Shown here one piece after another: positions 12,377-24,790 of a stretch of 48,499 nucleotides of DNA. Source of the stretch: Sphaeroforma arctica JP610. Taxonomy: Eukaryota. Under the pieces are notes generated by a model. The model did no database searches. It was not told the DNA's origin and saw only the letters and a list, made by a program, of their open reading frames with translations. The position numbers and the translations under genes are program-made. Position 1 is the stretch's first letter. The number at the start of each line of letters is the position of its first letter. The stretch spans positions 18,614-67,112 of the forward strand of contig NW_014040253.1 in assembly GCF_001186125.1 (NCBI RefSeq). The letters run 5' to 3'.

Positions 12377-15300
12377 CTCATCCGTAAATATCTAGAGATA
12401 CAAGGTACCTCATGAGATGAGATTCTAGGAAGGCGGAGTTCGGCGGTCTCAAAACCAGAAAAAGCGCACTCTCAAATTATACGCCAGCGCAATACTTCCT
12501 TCTGTACGAGGCCTAGACATATATCTGGGAGAACATTTTGTTTTCTTTAAGGTCGGAGCTGTGTTGCTAGTATCTAGAAGCATAGACTTTACAGCCTGCA
12601 ACCCCTGATTACCTAGACCTACCTGTGCTGTTCATTGCATTTCATATGATGTTGGAACAAGAATTGAGGAAATGGAAATTTGAATGCATATTGAAAAATC
12701 GAGGTGAATTTAACCCCCGGATGTAAAAGTTGGTCTCCTCTAGGCTGACTATACGATACAAAGACGTTTACGTTAATAAGACAATACGTTAATACGTTAA
12801 AATATAAAATCTTAATTAAGTTTAGCTTCAGCCCTTGGTAATGAGCAAAAGATTAGGGGATTTTAGACTGAGACTATTGTCTTTATGCTCCGCTCTAATC
12901 CCTCACTACTTCGGTCTAGATTTATTTATGTTTTAGTTAATAAGACTAGATATCATTTCATTGGACTCATAGTTTACATCCAGTATAACGCAATTGCTTC
13001 ACGAGTTCTATATCTGCGTCATGGGGGAACCCCACCAAAACTTGCACAATACTTGCACGCGTAACAGTCCGCCGAGACATGTGCGCGAGTGTTTGGTACA
13101 AAACCCGAATAGTTGTTAGTGTAAGATTCGGTCTCTTAAGGCGGTATTAACGTCTTAGAGTAGTTAAACGTAATAAAGTCTTCTAAAGCTCAAATGAAAT
13201 TAAAGTAAAATAAACGTAATTAGTCTTTCAGTAAAGTTAGGTCTGCCTCGTGAAAACAGCAATACTCTGAGGGATTGCGAGGCTGAGACATTACTATATA
13301 TAATCCTCTCAGTACTGTTTTCGCCGAAGGGATTTTATTTAGTGTTTCGTTGTCGCTCTAATAGAAACCATGGTATATTGCGTTGGGACGAATCCAAGAG
13401 ACTCATAAAATCCTATCTTTTAAAAAGAAAAGAAAAATATACTCCTGATGTCCATGGTTATTGCATTAACCAATAACTTGCCACTTATCAAGAATTACCG
13501 ACTTAGCCTTCATCAGACTGGTACATCTGGTTGGCTGAACGGAGGAGAAACTAAGCAACACTAATAGTCCTTAGAAACCTATGTTCGGTTGAGCCATCTC
13601 GCTACCGAAGTATTCAGATATAAATAGATTAGGAAAGTAAATATAGTTCTATTAAAATAGAACTAGACCAAATCTTATGTTTGGTATTTTACTGGGGCCT
13701 TTTAATGGCCTTGTCCAAATATCTGATATGTAAAATGGAAAAGGTATTAATTAATAAAACCGTTAAAACCATTTAGGAAACTTAAGTTCCTCGTACTATT
13801 AAGAGTACCTTTATAACATAGAGTCTAATGTGGAGGCCCGGCTATTACATTAGGGACCCTCCTGTCATCATCGTCGCCTACATTATGCTCTGTTCTTACT
13901 ACAAAGGCCAACTACTGCAGGCCTTGCAAAAGGCAGTACTCATAAATCCCAATACGTCTAACATACACTAGATTATCTTCACGAACACGCTACCTAATAA
14001 GGTGTTGTCAATAATAACTGTGATGATATAGGTGTTTACAAAACTAAGAGACGCTATCTTTAATCCTTCAGATCTCAAACGGGAGGATGACTACTTCTGT
14101 AAAGGGATGGTGGCGAAGGTGTACGCTTCGCTAGTTCGTACGTATGCACTAAATCCGTCTCAAAGCAGCTAATATTAGAACTTCAAAATTGCAAGTGTTT
14201 ATTAATACTGGGATGACAACGCAACCGGTTCGTTTATATGCAACGTTTGCTGCATGATTAAATTGAACCATGAATACTATATCTTTGTCAAATCACTTCG
14301 CTGTTAGTCTTGCCGTATGTAGCCGTTTAACGCGTTCTTGCATCTCTACACCCTCTTAGCAATATACCAATCTGTATAGTGAGAGAGCCCAATCTATATG
14401 GCAACTATATACACACCCAAAATCCAAAAGTACTTCAGAACAGAACTAGATGCTCTCCATCCCCGCGCTTAGAGTGTCATCCCCCATCCTTGAGCTCACT
14501 GCATTGCGCAGCGTTCTATATACTTGACTATTGTGATCAGCACTCCAACATAAAGTGAAAAGCTCCACCACAGTGTGATATATATCACCAGTCCGGCAAC
14601 ATTTTCTCTACAAAAGCACACACGCGAATACGGAGTGGCAGGATGTATCTGAGAATGTCAATGGGGTTTGCTGCCCGTTTTTTTTGTTTCTTTTTTTCTT
14701 TTTGTTGTAAAAAAAACCAAACCCTTCCCACCCCACGAAAGACGGAATGTAAGAAACGACAAATAAATAGACAGTCGATACTCGATAGTCTCTCTCTATT
14801 TACTCTAAATACTAGAGAGAGAGAGTAGGCTCTACTACACCGAACCCTAAACCCTACTGCTGTTGCTATATGTTACCGTAATCATAACAGCGGAACATTC
14901 GATAGTGGCATAGCTAATAAATCCTATCGGCAAGAAGTCGACAAGCACTATAACATATAAATAGGCATCTCTCGGACTGGCCACAGAGAATCCGATAGGC
15001 GCCGTCGCTTGAAGTAAGTTGTGCGCACCTGTGTGAACATTCAGGTATAGGCTTGTCCAATCGGTAAAGGCTGTGAGCCTACTGGTGTCGTGCCACGTTT
15101 GAGTGTGGACGTCTGCATTTCTTATATATATTTGACCAGAAAAGGTAGATGATTGACATTGACAGACGACTAACATTCGAAAGGGTAGACGATTAACATT
15201 TGAAAGAGGATGTGCGCGTGATTATGAGCGGGGTAGTGATTGTTTCCGTGTATTCGTAAGCAGCGTGTACCATACAATGCCTTATACGTGCTTGCTCATA

Positions 15301-16211
15301 TCGCTGCGATTTAGGTGGCTCTTCCAAACTGAGCTCGTTACAGATGTTAGCTGAGTATTTTTTTTTAGCATTGCTTTCCTTGAGAGATGTATACCGCTCT
15401 GTCACTGATATATACACCTGTTGCTTGCTGGAAGTCTCACCGATGTGTGAGGTATTCATCAAACTGTACACTTGTGCAATTGGCCCAAGATCATGCTACT
15501 TTCTAAATAACAGCTGACAGGCTTAATACGCACCTATCATTTACGGTACTTTCTTGCGTTCTTGCGCATGGCTTATTTGTATATTTGTGTCTCGTTCCTA
15601 CTGCTTAGTCAGTGCGCGCTTTAGGTGTGCCGTATGACACAAGCCTTACTATTCAGAAGCGTCAATATACAGAAGCGCTAGTGTATAAATACATTATCGT
15701 ACAGCATCGTTATATATATATATATACGCTTCTGTATGTTAACGTTCTTGTATGATGAATTATACAGAAGCTTTGTTATACACTAGCGTTTCTACCTAGC
15801 AGTGACATCGTACAGAAGCGTTAGGCACGTGTTGAAAAATTCAAAATTGAACGATGCTATACGGCTTACCCATATGACTGATCAATAAATGACTTGTGTT
15901 TGATCATCGGTTGTCATCTGAGTTCAATTAAAAACAACTTTCGTTCGCGCTGACCTCTGTGATCCGGCACAGCTGTCCCTTTCGCTTCGTTAGCTGAGGC
16001 AAGCACTGGTACGGAGCCAGTTGCTGAGAGAGGAAGATGTAGTTCGTCCACATTGTTAATTGATAAATTTGATGAACACGACGGCCAAATAAATGGTGTA
16101 CTAATTAGTAATCCGCTGCCTGCTCCAGTAGTCGCACTCTAGGCTACCAATCGATTCGGCAGTGTTGCCCTCAACCAATCGAAGGCCGGGACGCCACCCA
16201 CGTGCACCAGA

Positions 16212-19200
16212 ATGAGTCAGAGTCTTGCTGTGTGCTATGTGTGTCAGCAGCCAGCGGCGAGTGCCTGTCCGTGTCTGCAGCGCAGTTACTGTTCGACTAA
16301 ATGCCAGGTATGATGTCTTCCGGAGTGTGCATTGCTGGACAGGAAAGGACTCATTGTGTATATCTGGTTACAGTTTAAGGCAGGACTGTTCGCTGTGGTT
16401 CGCTGCATATGATAAAGAGATACGAATGCACTAAGCTTGATAGCTCGTGTACCTGAGTTATGATAGCTGAGTATAGTGCTAATAGAGTTTTGCATGGCGA
16501 CACACTTGTTAAACCGCACAAGCTTGGAATGAGTTAACGTCTACGTTTCATTATACCGTTCTGGCCCTGGGGTTGTTTCCGCCCCCCCCCCCTCTCCGTT
16601 TGCTTGCGCTTCAAATAGTCTGCATACTCAACAACCTCCCATGTGTAATTGGCTTATTTTAATTGGCTTATTTTAACTGGTGTATTTCATTGTAATTGGC
16701 TTATGAGCGCAGCGTGATGATTGGTACGCTGGACACGACCTGGATTGCTCGCAAGAAGATGAAGACGAGGATGAGTATGACTCTGTGGAGGCGTTAGGGC
16801 CAGCTGGTATGCAATGACTTACTTTGAGTGGAGTTCTGTGCTGTTGTGTTTGTCTCGCGTTGGTATCGACAGGCGTTGCTTTTGGGCCCATTACGTGCTT
16901 CAGCTGTGACGCGTAAACGGGCGCGTAAGGGAGTGTATATTGGTTATCGATGGTTGAAAGTGTTTGCCCCGTGCTCGCACATGTTTTTAGAAACCCCAAA
17001 CTTTAAACCCCCATTCTCTTGTTGCACCGCCTATCTCTCTGAGTTTTACTGTACGTAATTGAAACAGAATGTCCACTGGTCCGTTGTCGTCAAGTGACTA
17101 TGATGAAGACATTGTTTATTATGGGGGAACTTAGCTGTTCATTTCACTCACAGTCATAGTGCCCATTCTTATCATATTCCCTTCTAGCCACAGACGAAGG
17201 TAACGACAGTGCGCCGCAAACACACGCCACCCCCACCCAGGATGCATCTGCCTCCGATGTTCCAGTGGACAGTGCACCTGCCCAGTCCGACAGTACCAGT
17301 CCAATAATCCGAGGCAGAGGTGCAGCGATCGAGCCCATGACGGAGAATGACCTAGCATATTCGCCTGCTGTAGATGTCGAGATGGGTGCAAGTACTGCTC
17401 GCAAACGAGTGCGATCGAGTCCTTCCAATGCGTCTGCGGATGAGGATTGTGTGGTGCATGGGGATGGGTCACCGCTCCAGCGAGATAGTAGGGGCCTCCA
17501 GTTCAATTACTACATGCCAAACGAGGTGAAGAGGGCAAGGGAGTCGTCCGCCTCTCTCAGTGAGTGTAGCACGTCGTGTGGACCTGATACAGTATCTGCG
17601 CCTAAGGCAGTAGTACCAGAGGTTGTGCAAGGGCAGGACAAATGGGCAGGTGATGGTAGTGCGCATGTGAAAGGTAGCGAACAGCCTATGGGTACGCCTC
17701 GAAGGAATAGCAAGGACTTAAAGTTTAATTACTTTATGCCAAACGAGGTGAAGAGGGCGAGGAAGTCGTCCGCCTCTCTCAGTGAATATAACACATCATA
17801 TGGGCCGGATACAGTACCTGCGCCTCAGCCGATAGTACCGGAGAATGCACAAGGACAGAACAAATCAAACGGCAGTGGTCTTACGAATGTGATAGGTCGC
17901 CAGCAGCCTACACCTATAGCTAGCACTCTGTGGCTGGACACCGTTCTTTCGTATGTGCTGGCTTATACCCACCGTTATACCCACCGGGGTCCACCGCCTG
18001 GTACGTATAGCCGTGTTGCAGCACCACACACCAAGGATGGGAACTCATGCACTTCGAATGATCTCATTCACAACGATAGCAATAGGCAGATAGTCACGGA
18101 TGGCAGCTATGTTGACACGCATGTTTATGACACCTTCCGTAGCGCTATGCCGTATCCGAGCGCCAGTGGAGTGACAGATACAAATGCGACGGATAGCTCT
18201 AACACTCACCTCACAACACAGACCGTAACACATGTGGTGGAAGAGACGGCGCTTGTGAAGGAAGCCACTCTGTCGAGCACCTGTTCCGATCTAGCCACAC
18301 AACTGCTGAATGAGACGAATGTGTTCCATCCTGTGGACACACAGGACGGTCCCTTCACAGCCCACAAGCCCAAGCACCTGTCCCTCTCGAACGGACAGGG
18401 CCACAGAAATTGTACCGGCAGTGAGCTGACCCATACGAATCTGGATGGGACCGTTTGTGTCCAGAACACACACGACGGACCGGAGTGCCTATCGTCGAGA
18501 GCGCTTCAGGCGGCCCTCGACCCACACCAGGTGTGCTTTGGGGAAGGCAAGCACTGTGTGGTGGAAGATGCTGGCGATGCTGTGGGGATGAGTCCTGGAC
18601 TCCCCATTGATGCCGCCCGAGATACAACCACGCCCGTTACACCAACAGCGCAGTCTGCTATAACCCCAAAGGCCATTGGGCAAGCAAGCAGCACGGCCGA
18701 GACGGACAATCGAATTCATGTACAGGGAAATATAGACGCTAACGGCCCAGTACATGACTTGCACACGCACTCCAATGTACCTCCGGGACCGCTGCACACA
18801 CCCGTGTCTACTCGACTGAGCGGAGTGTACCCGAATGCGAATGGGTCTGTAGGGCTCCACACAACGGCCGGTACCGCACCAGCCCAGACCAATGCGAACC
18901 CGTGGATAGGCAGTCTAGGAACACCCACCCACGTGCTTAACAGGCAAGTGCATGCACACGCATTTGGTGGTGCTAGGGGAAACACATCGTCATTGCACCA
19001 GGGCCGAGACGCGCGGCAGTTTCAGTTTACTGCAGCCGCGGGGGCTGGGGCTGGCAGTGCTTTCACGGGTGGAGCTGAGCGCCCGCGTGGACTCCGCCAA
19101 GGGACGATATACAACGGTGTGGGTGCCAATACGAGCCAACCAATGTATACCCCCAATGGGGACCATCACACGAACGCATTCGCGCACAATAGCTATAGCT

Positions 19201-21329
19201 CGACTACCGCGACAATGCAGCCAGTGACAAACACATCACGGATTGGTCAGGCATTCCCGTCCGTAGCGAATCGGGACAACCCGCATATACGCGGCTTCCG
19301 AGATAGCACTGGTCGTATACATGTGTATGATGGCAATCAGTGTATAGGTGTAACCGGATCAGCCGGGGCATCTGGTGCGCAAACATTTTTATATAACAAT
19401 ACCGCGAGTAGCCATAATCCTGCTATGAGGGTAAGTGCGGAATACATGCGACAGTCGGACTACTCAACTGTATTCGTACGCCTCAGCCAAGGGATGCAGG
19501 CTACCAACGTAGAGATGGAGGCTATCAACCAGGCTATCAACGCAGCAACAGCAAACAGAGCTGTGAATAAGACTCAAGGGTCTGGAGAGACAGACGGATT
19601 CAGTAAGATAACAGGCCAATGGCAAGCACCATCCACAGGAGTGAGTGACATGCACAGGCGAGGTACTACACAGCCCAGTGGGGTTAGTAGGATTAATAGT
19701 ACACAATCCAATGGAGTGAATGTGACTGATAGTACACAATCCAATGGAATGAATGTGGGTGATAGTACACAATCCAATGGAGTGAATGTGACTGATAGTG
19801 CACAATCCATTGGGGTGAATGTTATTGATAGCACACAATCCAATGGAGTGAATGTTATTGATAGCACACAATCCAATGGAGTAATTAGGATTAGAGGGCA
19901 TCAGCCGGAACGGCCCAACCAACAGAATAGCCGACGCATGGATGTGGAATCCATTTTGAAGGTGTTGGACTTGAATAAAAGACGTCTAAACGTGGACGCA
20001 CAAGATCACAACCTACAAAGCACGCTGACGGTAGATAACGGATCCATCCCACCGCACCGTGTGTGTATAGATCTGACCGTCTCAATAGATGAACCCAATG
20101 CAACCGATGAGACCATTTCCCCAGCCCAAGAGTCAAGCGAACCCCTTGGCGTCAACAGTGGTGTTGAGCCGCAAAGTGTGGGAGCACACACCGCTGAGGA
20201 GCCTTTAAGCATGAAAGTACACACCGCTGAAGAGCCTTTAAGCATGAAAGTACACACCGCTGAAGAGCCTTTAAGCATGAAAGTACACGCCGCTGAAGAG
20301 CCTTTAAGAATGAAAGTACACACCGCTAAGTATGAGCGCGATGCAGAGCCTTCGTCTCCCGCGAGACCGCGCACGCCACACAGTGACGACGCCAAGGCAG
20401 AGCAGAAAAGCAGTGCAACGGTGGCTGTTAGTGGCAGTGAGTTAGCTACTACTATAGGCAGTGGGGTGTTACCCACTGCTAAGGCCAGCGGCGCCTTAGC
20501 TGTTGAGCCGGAAGGCACGGCCTGTGTATACCATGGCTGTGAAGTGACGATGGTTGGCAGCCAGGCACGTAGGCAGCACGAGCAGACCGCACACGGCTAC
20601 AAGCCGTCTGTTGGTCTACCATACGCGTGTGGGCTGTACAACTGCACCAAACGATCAACCACGCTTAGAGCCAGAAACAGCCATGCAAGACACTGCGAAC
20701 GACGCCACAAGTACTGTTGTAGTTGGGTCGGGTGTGGGTCTCGGTTTGCCTCAGACTACGCGCTGAACGTGCATTACAGATCGCACACGGGCGAGAAGCC
20801 CTTTGAGTGCAAATACGCCGGGTGTGGGGAGACCTTTATGGACGTGACTGCGTGTGGCACACACCAGGCCGACCACTGCCAGTTCAATCCGACACTCAAA
20901 GGAACGGATCACCGACTACCACTAAAGAAGTCGCAATCAGTCACTGGTTCGAAGAAGTCAAACCCCACCAGCCTCAGGAGATGCTCATCCGCTTGGAAAG
21001 AGTGGCAACCACCAGCCACCTACGAATCAACGCATGCAGCTGCTACACGCACAGACACGGCGGGCAGCGGGTCAGGCAGCGAGAACTCGAGTGACGCGCC
21101 CATTGGGAGGCCCCACTCGAGAACTCTGGGTAGTAGACAGCCAAGCACACTCTCAAAGGTAAGTAAGAAGATGTACCTGTGTACTTATAGTGGCTGTGAT
21201 GAACAGTTTGCGCAGGAAGAGCGACAGCAGCGACACACACTCACCCATATATGTGCGTGGAATGGCTGCTACAAAACGTTTTTGGACCCGAAAGATTGTA
21301 TTGCGCACTTCTGGCTGCACAACTGTTGA
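16212..21329 (+). CDS. MYND-finger plus C2H2 zinc-finger protein, ~1443 aa (likely transcriptional regulator)
   Basis: Exons 16212-16307, 16713-16806 and 17188-21329 have consistent phases (4332 nt in total). The spliced N-terminus CYVCQQPAASACPCLQRSYCSTKCQ|RDDWYAGHDLDC is a MYND pattern. The C-terminus has six C2H2/C2HC fingers with a TGEKP linker. The ATG is preceded by CAG-A, so a further upstream exon is possible. Confidence 0.88.
17500..17875 (+). repeat. In-frame 222-nt (74-aa) internal duplication
   Basis: FNYYMPNEVKRARESSASLSE vs FNYFMPNEVKRARKSSASLSE at 17502 and 17724. Confidence 0.9.
19697..19882 (+). repeat. Coding 33-bp minisatellite (STQSNGVNVxD), ~6 copies
   Basis: Visible in both DNA and translation. 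Confidence 0.95.
20184..20328 (+). repeat. Coding 33-bp minisatellite (HTAEEPLSMKV), ~4.5 copies
   Basis: Visible in both DNA and translation. Confidence 0.95.
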
Positions 21330-21398
21330 AAGCGCGCGAGGCACTTGGTGGTGCAACATGGTACAAGACGCCTCTCAATAAATTTAATAGACAATCAC

Positions 21399-21560
21399 AT
21401 GCTAACACTAAATACTTGCGAATCGAGTAAGTGTAATATAAAATAAGCCTGGTCTAATAAATAAATACCTACATAAACATATGATGCCAACACTAAATAC
21501 TTGCGAATCGAGTAAGTGTATTATAAAATAAACATGGTCCAATAAATGCCTTCATAGTCT
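21399..21560 (+). repeat. ~85-bp tandem duplication in the 3' region, containing AATAAA
   Basis: AACACTAAATACTTGCGAATCGAGTAAGTGTA at ~21404 and ~21489. Confidence 0.85.
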
Positions 21561-21895
21561 ANNNNNNNNNNNNNNNNNNNNNNNNNNNNNNNNNNNNNNN
21601 NNNNNNNNNNNNNNNNNNNNNNNNNNNNNNNNNNNNNNNNNNNNNNNNNNNNNNNNNNNNNNNNNNNNNCTGCGAGTACATCTTGGCTCATTATTACACT
21701 TACACTACAATTTGTTATTACTGCCTAATACAGTTCGTTAGATTAGTGATGTAGCTTGTGGCACTTTATGTGCCACACGCCACTTCTGTGTACTCAAACA
21801 TTATGACCGTGTAAATTCACATGGCATTATGACCATGCGACTTCACATGTGTGAATCCTCACAAATAATGATGACACAGATATTTTGATAACTGT

Positions 21896-22154
21896 TGTCA
21901 GGTCTGGTCGGCCCAAATCCTGGCCAAGATTTGGGTCGGCCAAAACCTAGCCCTAAAACCCTAGGGCTCAGTTCACAGTCAATCATAACCCCTCGCTACG
22001 ATTGCGTGTCGGCATAGCTTGCCTGAGGCGCCGTCGTAGCCTTACTGTGTCTGAGCACAGTCGCCTAGCGACCCTGCCCCGTGTACGTCTAAAAGAAGAA
22101 AAAAAAGAAAATCAACCTATGCGCACATCGTGTGCGCATCCAGAGAGGCTTACT
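21896..22154 (-). repeat. Putative 3' LTR of element 2, preceded by a PPT at 22155-22166
   Basis: The minus strand reads GTGGGGGTGGAA (PPT), then AGTAAG (likely a mutated TGTAAG), ending ...CCTGACA. The partner LTR is not visible. Confidence 0.55.
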
Positions 22155-22398
22155 TTCCACCCCCACTTGGGAGGTGGAGTTCGTCCACCCTACCTCACCC
22201 TTGAGGATTTCACTACGGCAACTAATGACGAGCTGGCACTTCTACTCTGTTCTCGGACAACTGCAACTCGCCCCAAGCCCGGAGGCGTCCTCGCCTGTAC
22301 GTTCCAGACTAAGCAAAGGCAAAGCACTTCTCTACTTGGCGTTTGAAGTGTGCTCTCTACTTCTCATCCGAGAACATGCTCTCCAACAGCTTGTTGTA

Positions 22399-22830
22399 TC
22401 ACTTGTGAAGCACATGCTGACCCTTAGACCCTGGTACCAACAGTGTGTAGCACTCCAGGTCCGCCTCGTCACACCACATCTGCCACCTGCCCCAGACCGA
22501 GCTCATGCCAGTAGACCACGTACGCGCCTTCTTGGTTCGACGAAGGCAGTGTCCTATCGTCTGCTTGTACCCATCCTTCTTGTCATAAAGCGGCGAGTGG
22601 TATAGGAGCCAATCCTCATACGGACTATTCGGGCGATAACGCATGTGTGTCCTCGCATCTGCTTCCTTCGGGAGTTTCCCAATGTGCGGTTTCAACTCCG
22701 CCCTAAGAAACCTGCGGTGAATACCATCCGCCATCTCCACCACATGAGTGAGTGGAGCTTGCACTGACACCACCTGCGCTGGGCCACCCCACCTGGCTGA
22801 CAGGTCGTGTGACTTGCCGCGCAACCGATA
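22399..22830 (-). pseudogene. Integrase C-terminal GPY/F module and chromodomain
   Basis: DLSARWGGPAQVV (GPY/F-like); IGHCLRR / AYVVYWHE (shifted frame) / MWCDEADLECYTLL, which matches the chromodomain pattern YxVxW...TWEPEENLxCxxL. Confidence 0.7.
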
Positions 22831-23049
22831 CTATACTTGCGAACCAACCGGCAACAACGGCACATCTTCACGCCTGATGTTGGCACGAGTCTGCTGTCCC
22901 AACTGAGCACGACGGTCCCGCATGGCTGCTACAGCATCGCGGACCATCGCCTCAGTGCCCTGCTCCGATTCCAGCAGCGACAACACCCGATCTTGTAGCT
23001 CCAGTCGCTTCTGAACGTTGAAGTCTCTGCCCGTCAGATAAAAAAGGGC

Positions 23050-23540
23050 GAGAAACCCGTGGCCGAATTACGCGTAGCATTGTAGATCCTCACCATTTCA
23101 TAGACCAGGTGCAACTATGCATGCGGAGAAACATCTGCTGCTTCTATCTCCCTGCGCAACCAGTCCTTCATCGTTCTGATAAGGGTCTCTGGTCGCCCGT
23201 TGCTCTGATGCCGATCCACCGTGATCCAGTGCGGTTCTATGTTGCGACGTTGGCAGAAGGTCGTAACATCCCCGTTCTGAAACTTCTTGTCCGCGTCAAT
23301 CACCAGTCGCACCGGTGAACCCTACGCTAATACTTGCTCCTCCATGAAGCGAACAACAGCCGGACCATCCACATTAGGACCAGTCATCCGACACATCCTG
23401 ACACGCGTCGCATCTTTGTCGCACATGAGTGCACTCCATGGTGCCACTCCAACCCCACAATGTGCGTACAAGCTGGTCCAATCGCTTGGCACTTGCGTGC
23501 GCAAATAGCTCGTGGGTGTAACGTACAATCCGCTCCACAA
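23050..23540 (-). pseudogene. Retroviral-type integrase (HHCC finger plus partial DDE core)
   Basis: THELFAH...CDACQ; PVRLVIDADKKF; HQSNGRPETLIRTMKDWL. The first catalytic Asp region appears deleted. Confidence 0.85.
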
Positions 23541-23889
23541 TTGTACCCCCCACTTCCACCCCGAAGACCGAGCGCTCATCTTCCTCATTCTCATCCACGG
23601 GGTCTGCTTCCCTCCTAGCACGTTCCTCAGCACTAAGAGATTCCTGAACCTCTGGTTCATCCAGATCCATGTCGCCCTGAACAGGCAGCATGTCGACAAT
23701 CTCGGCCGAGTCTCTCTGTCTCCTAGTGAGCTTCGGAGACTCCGCACTCTGGCTTCGAGTGTACATAGCTCCTATAGACCCCTCAGCCTGAGACTCGTCA
23801 CACTCGTCCTGCTAGGTTTCCGCCTTGCGTACAGACTGCTCCAGCACTCCGCTGGGATCCTGCCAGGACTGCGTGGAAAACGCGTCTAC

Positions 23890-24300
23890 CGCAGAGATGG
23901 GTGTGGTCTCTACCCCTGCTTCCTCTGCAGGGAGCACACACCTAGCTCTCTCACTACTCGGATGGGTAACAGCACTCACTGTGTCTTCCTGCACCATACA
24001 GGACACAGCCTCATCCTCACGTTTACTGCCGCCGCCAGAGACTTTCGCTGGGAACCCGCACCTAACCCTCTTACCACTCGGATGAGTCACAACACCCACT
24101 GTGTCTTCCTGCATCATACAGGACACAACCTCAACCTCACACATACTGCCGCCGCTAAAGATAGGTGTAGCCTCTACCCCAGCTTTCGCTGGGAGCCCAC
24201 AACTAACCCTCTTACCACTCGGATGGGTAACAGCACCCACTGTACCTGCCTGCACCATACAGGACACAACCTCAACCTCACGTTTTACTGCCGCCGCAGC
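23890..24300 (-). repeat. Three in-frame tandem copies of a ~40-50-aa unit in the MTase-integrase linker
   Basis: EVEVVSCMVQxxTVxAVTHPSGKRVxCGxPA repeated three times. Confidence 0.9.
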
Positions 24301-24384
24301 TAACCTCTCGAAGACAGGACGCTCCGCTTCCAGCTTCACCCAAAGGTCCTTACGCAACTTGTGCGGTCTGTACGGACTCATGTG

Positions 24385-24790
24385 ACACACCAATGTCACA
24401 AAGTTAGGCGCAGGCATAACCTCACGGCCATGCTGTAAGAAAACTCCTTCCTTTGGGTAGATCACTACCGGATTTGCCGAAAGCATGGGTACCATCTCCC
24501 TAAACCACCTCGCCTCCGGAGCGTACGGACAAACCAACGTAGCTGTTGCCTTGTCCCTCCTGATCCTGGCTACCACTCCGCCAAATTCTGACCACTTAGG
24601 GTTGAAGTACCACCTTGTACCCTTCCATGTGCACAATGCAAACACCCCCCCCCCCCCCCACCCCCNCCCCCCCCTGGCCAGCGTAGGCTGGTAAAACAGC
24701 TTCATATGAAAGTTGGTCGGATTCTAATCCTTCTATATCTTGGTAAACCAACTCTTACTCAAGGCATAGGACTCCATCTTTGGTTCCACC
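24385..24790 (-). pseudogene. DIRS/Dam-like DNA N6-adenine methyltransferase domain inside the Gypsy pol
   Basis: ESYALSKSWFTKI*KD*NPTNFHMKLF...FALCTWKGTRWYFNPKWSEFGGVVARIRRDKATATLVCPYAPEARWFREMVPMLSANPVVI matches the retroelement MT pattern W..L...F..I...DLFA...AF...W....YxNPPF...V..KI..D.A...LV.P.W....WF. It is in the same frame as RNase H, interrupted by two TAG codons. Confidence 0.75.

Noticed and set aside
17265..17267. GTG start of the 1354-aa ORF
   Set aside because: The frame is open back to a splice acceptor at 17187, and upstream exons supply an ATG and the MYND finger.
23512..24303. 263-aa plus-strand ORF with His/Cys repeats
   Set aside because: Antisense shadow of the element 2 pol repeat linker; no independent evidence.
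24644..24674. Poly-Gly insert (GGXGWGGGG) in the MTase
   Set aside because: A C homopolymer containing an N; likely slippage or assembly error.
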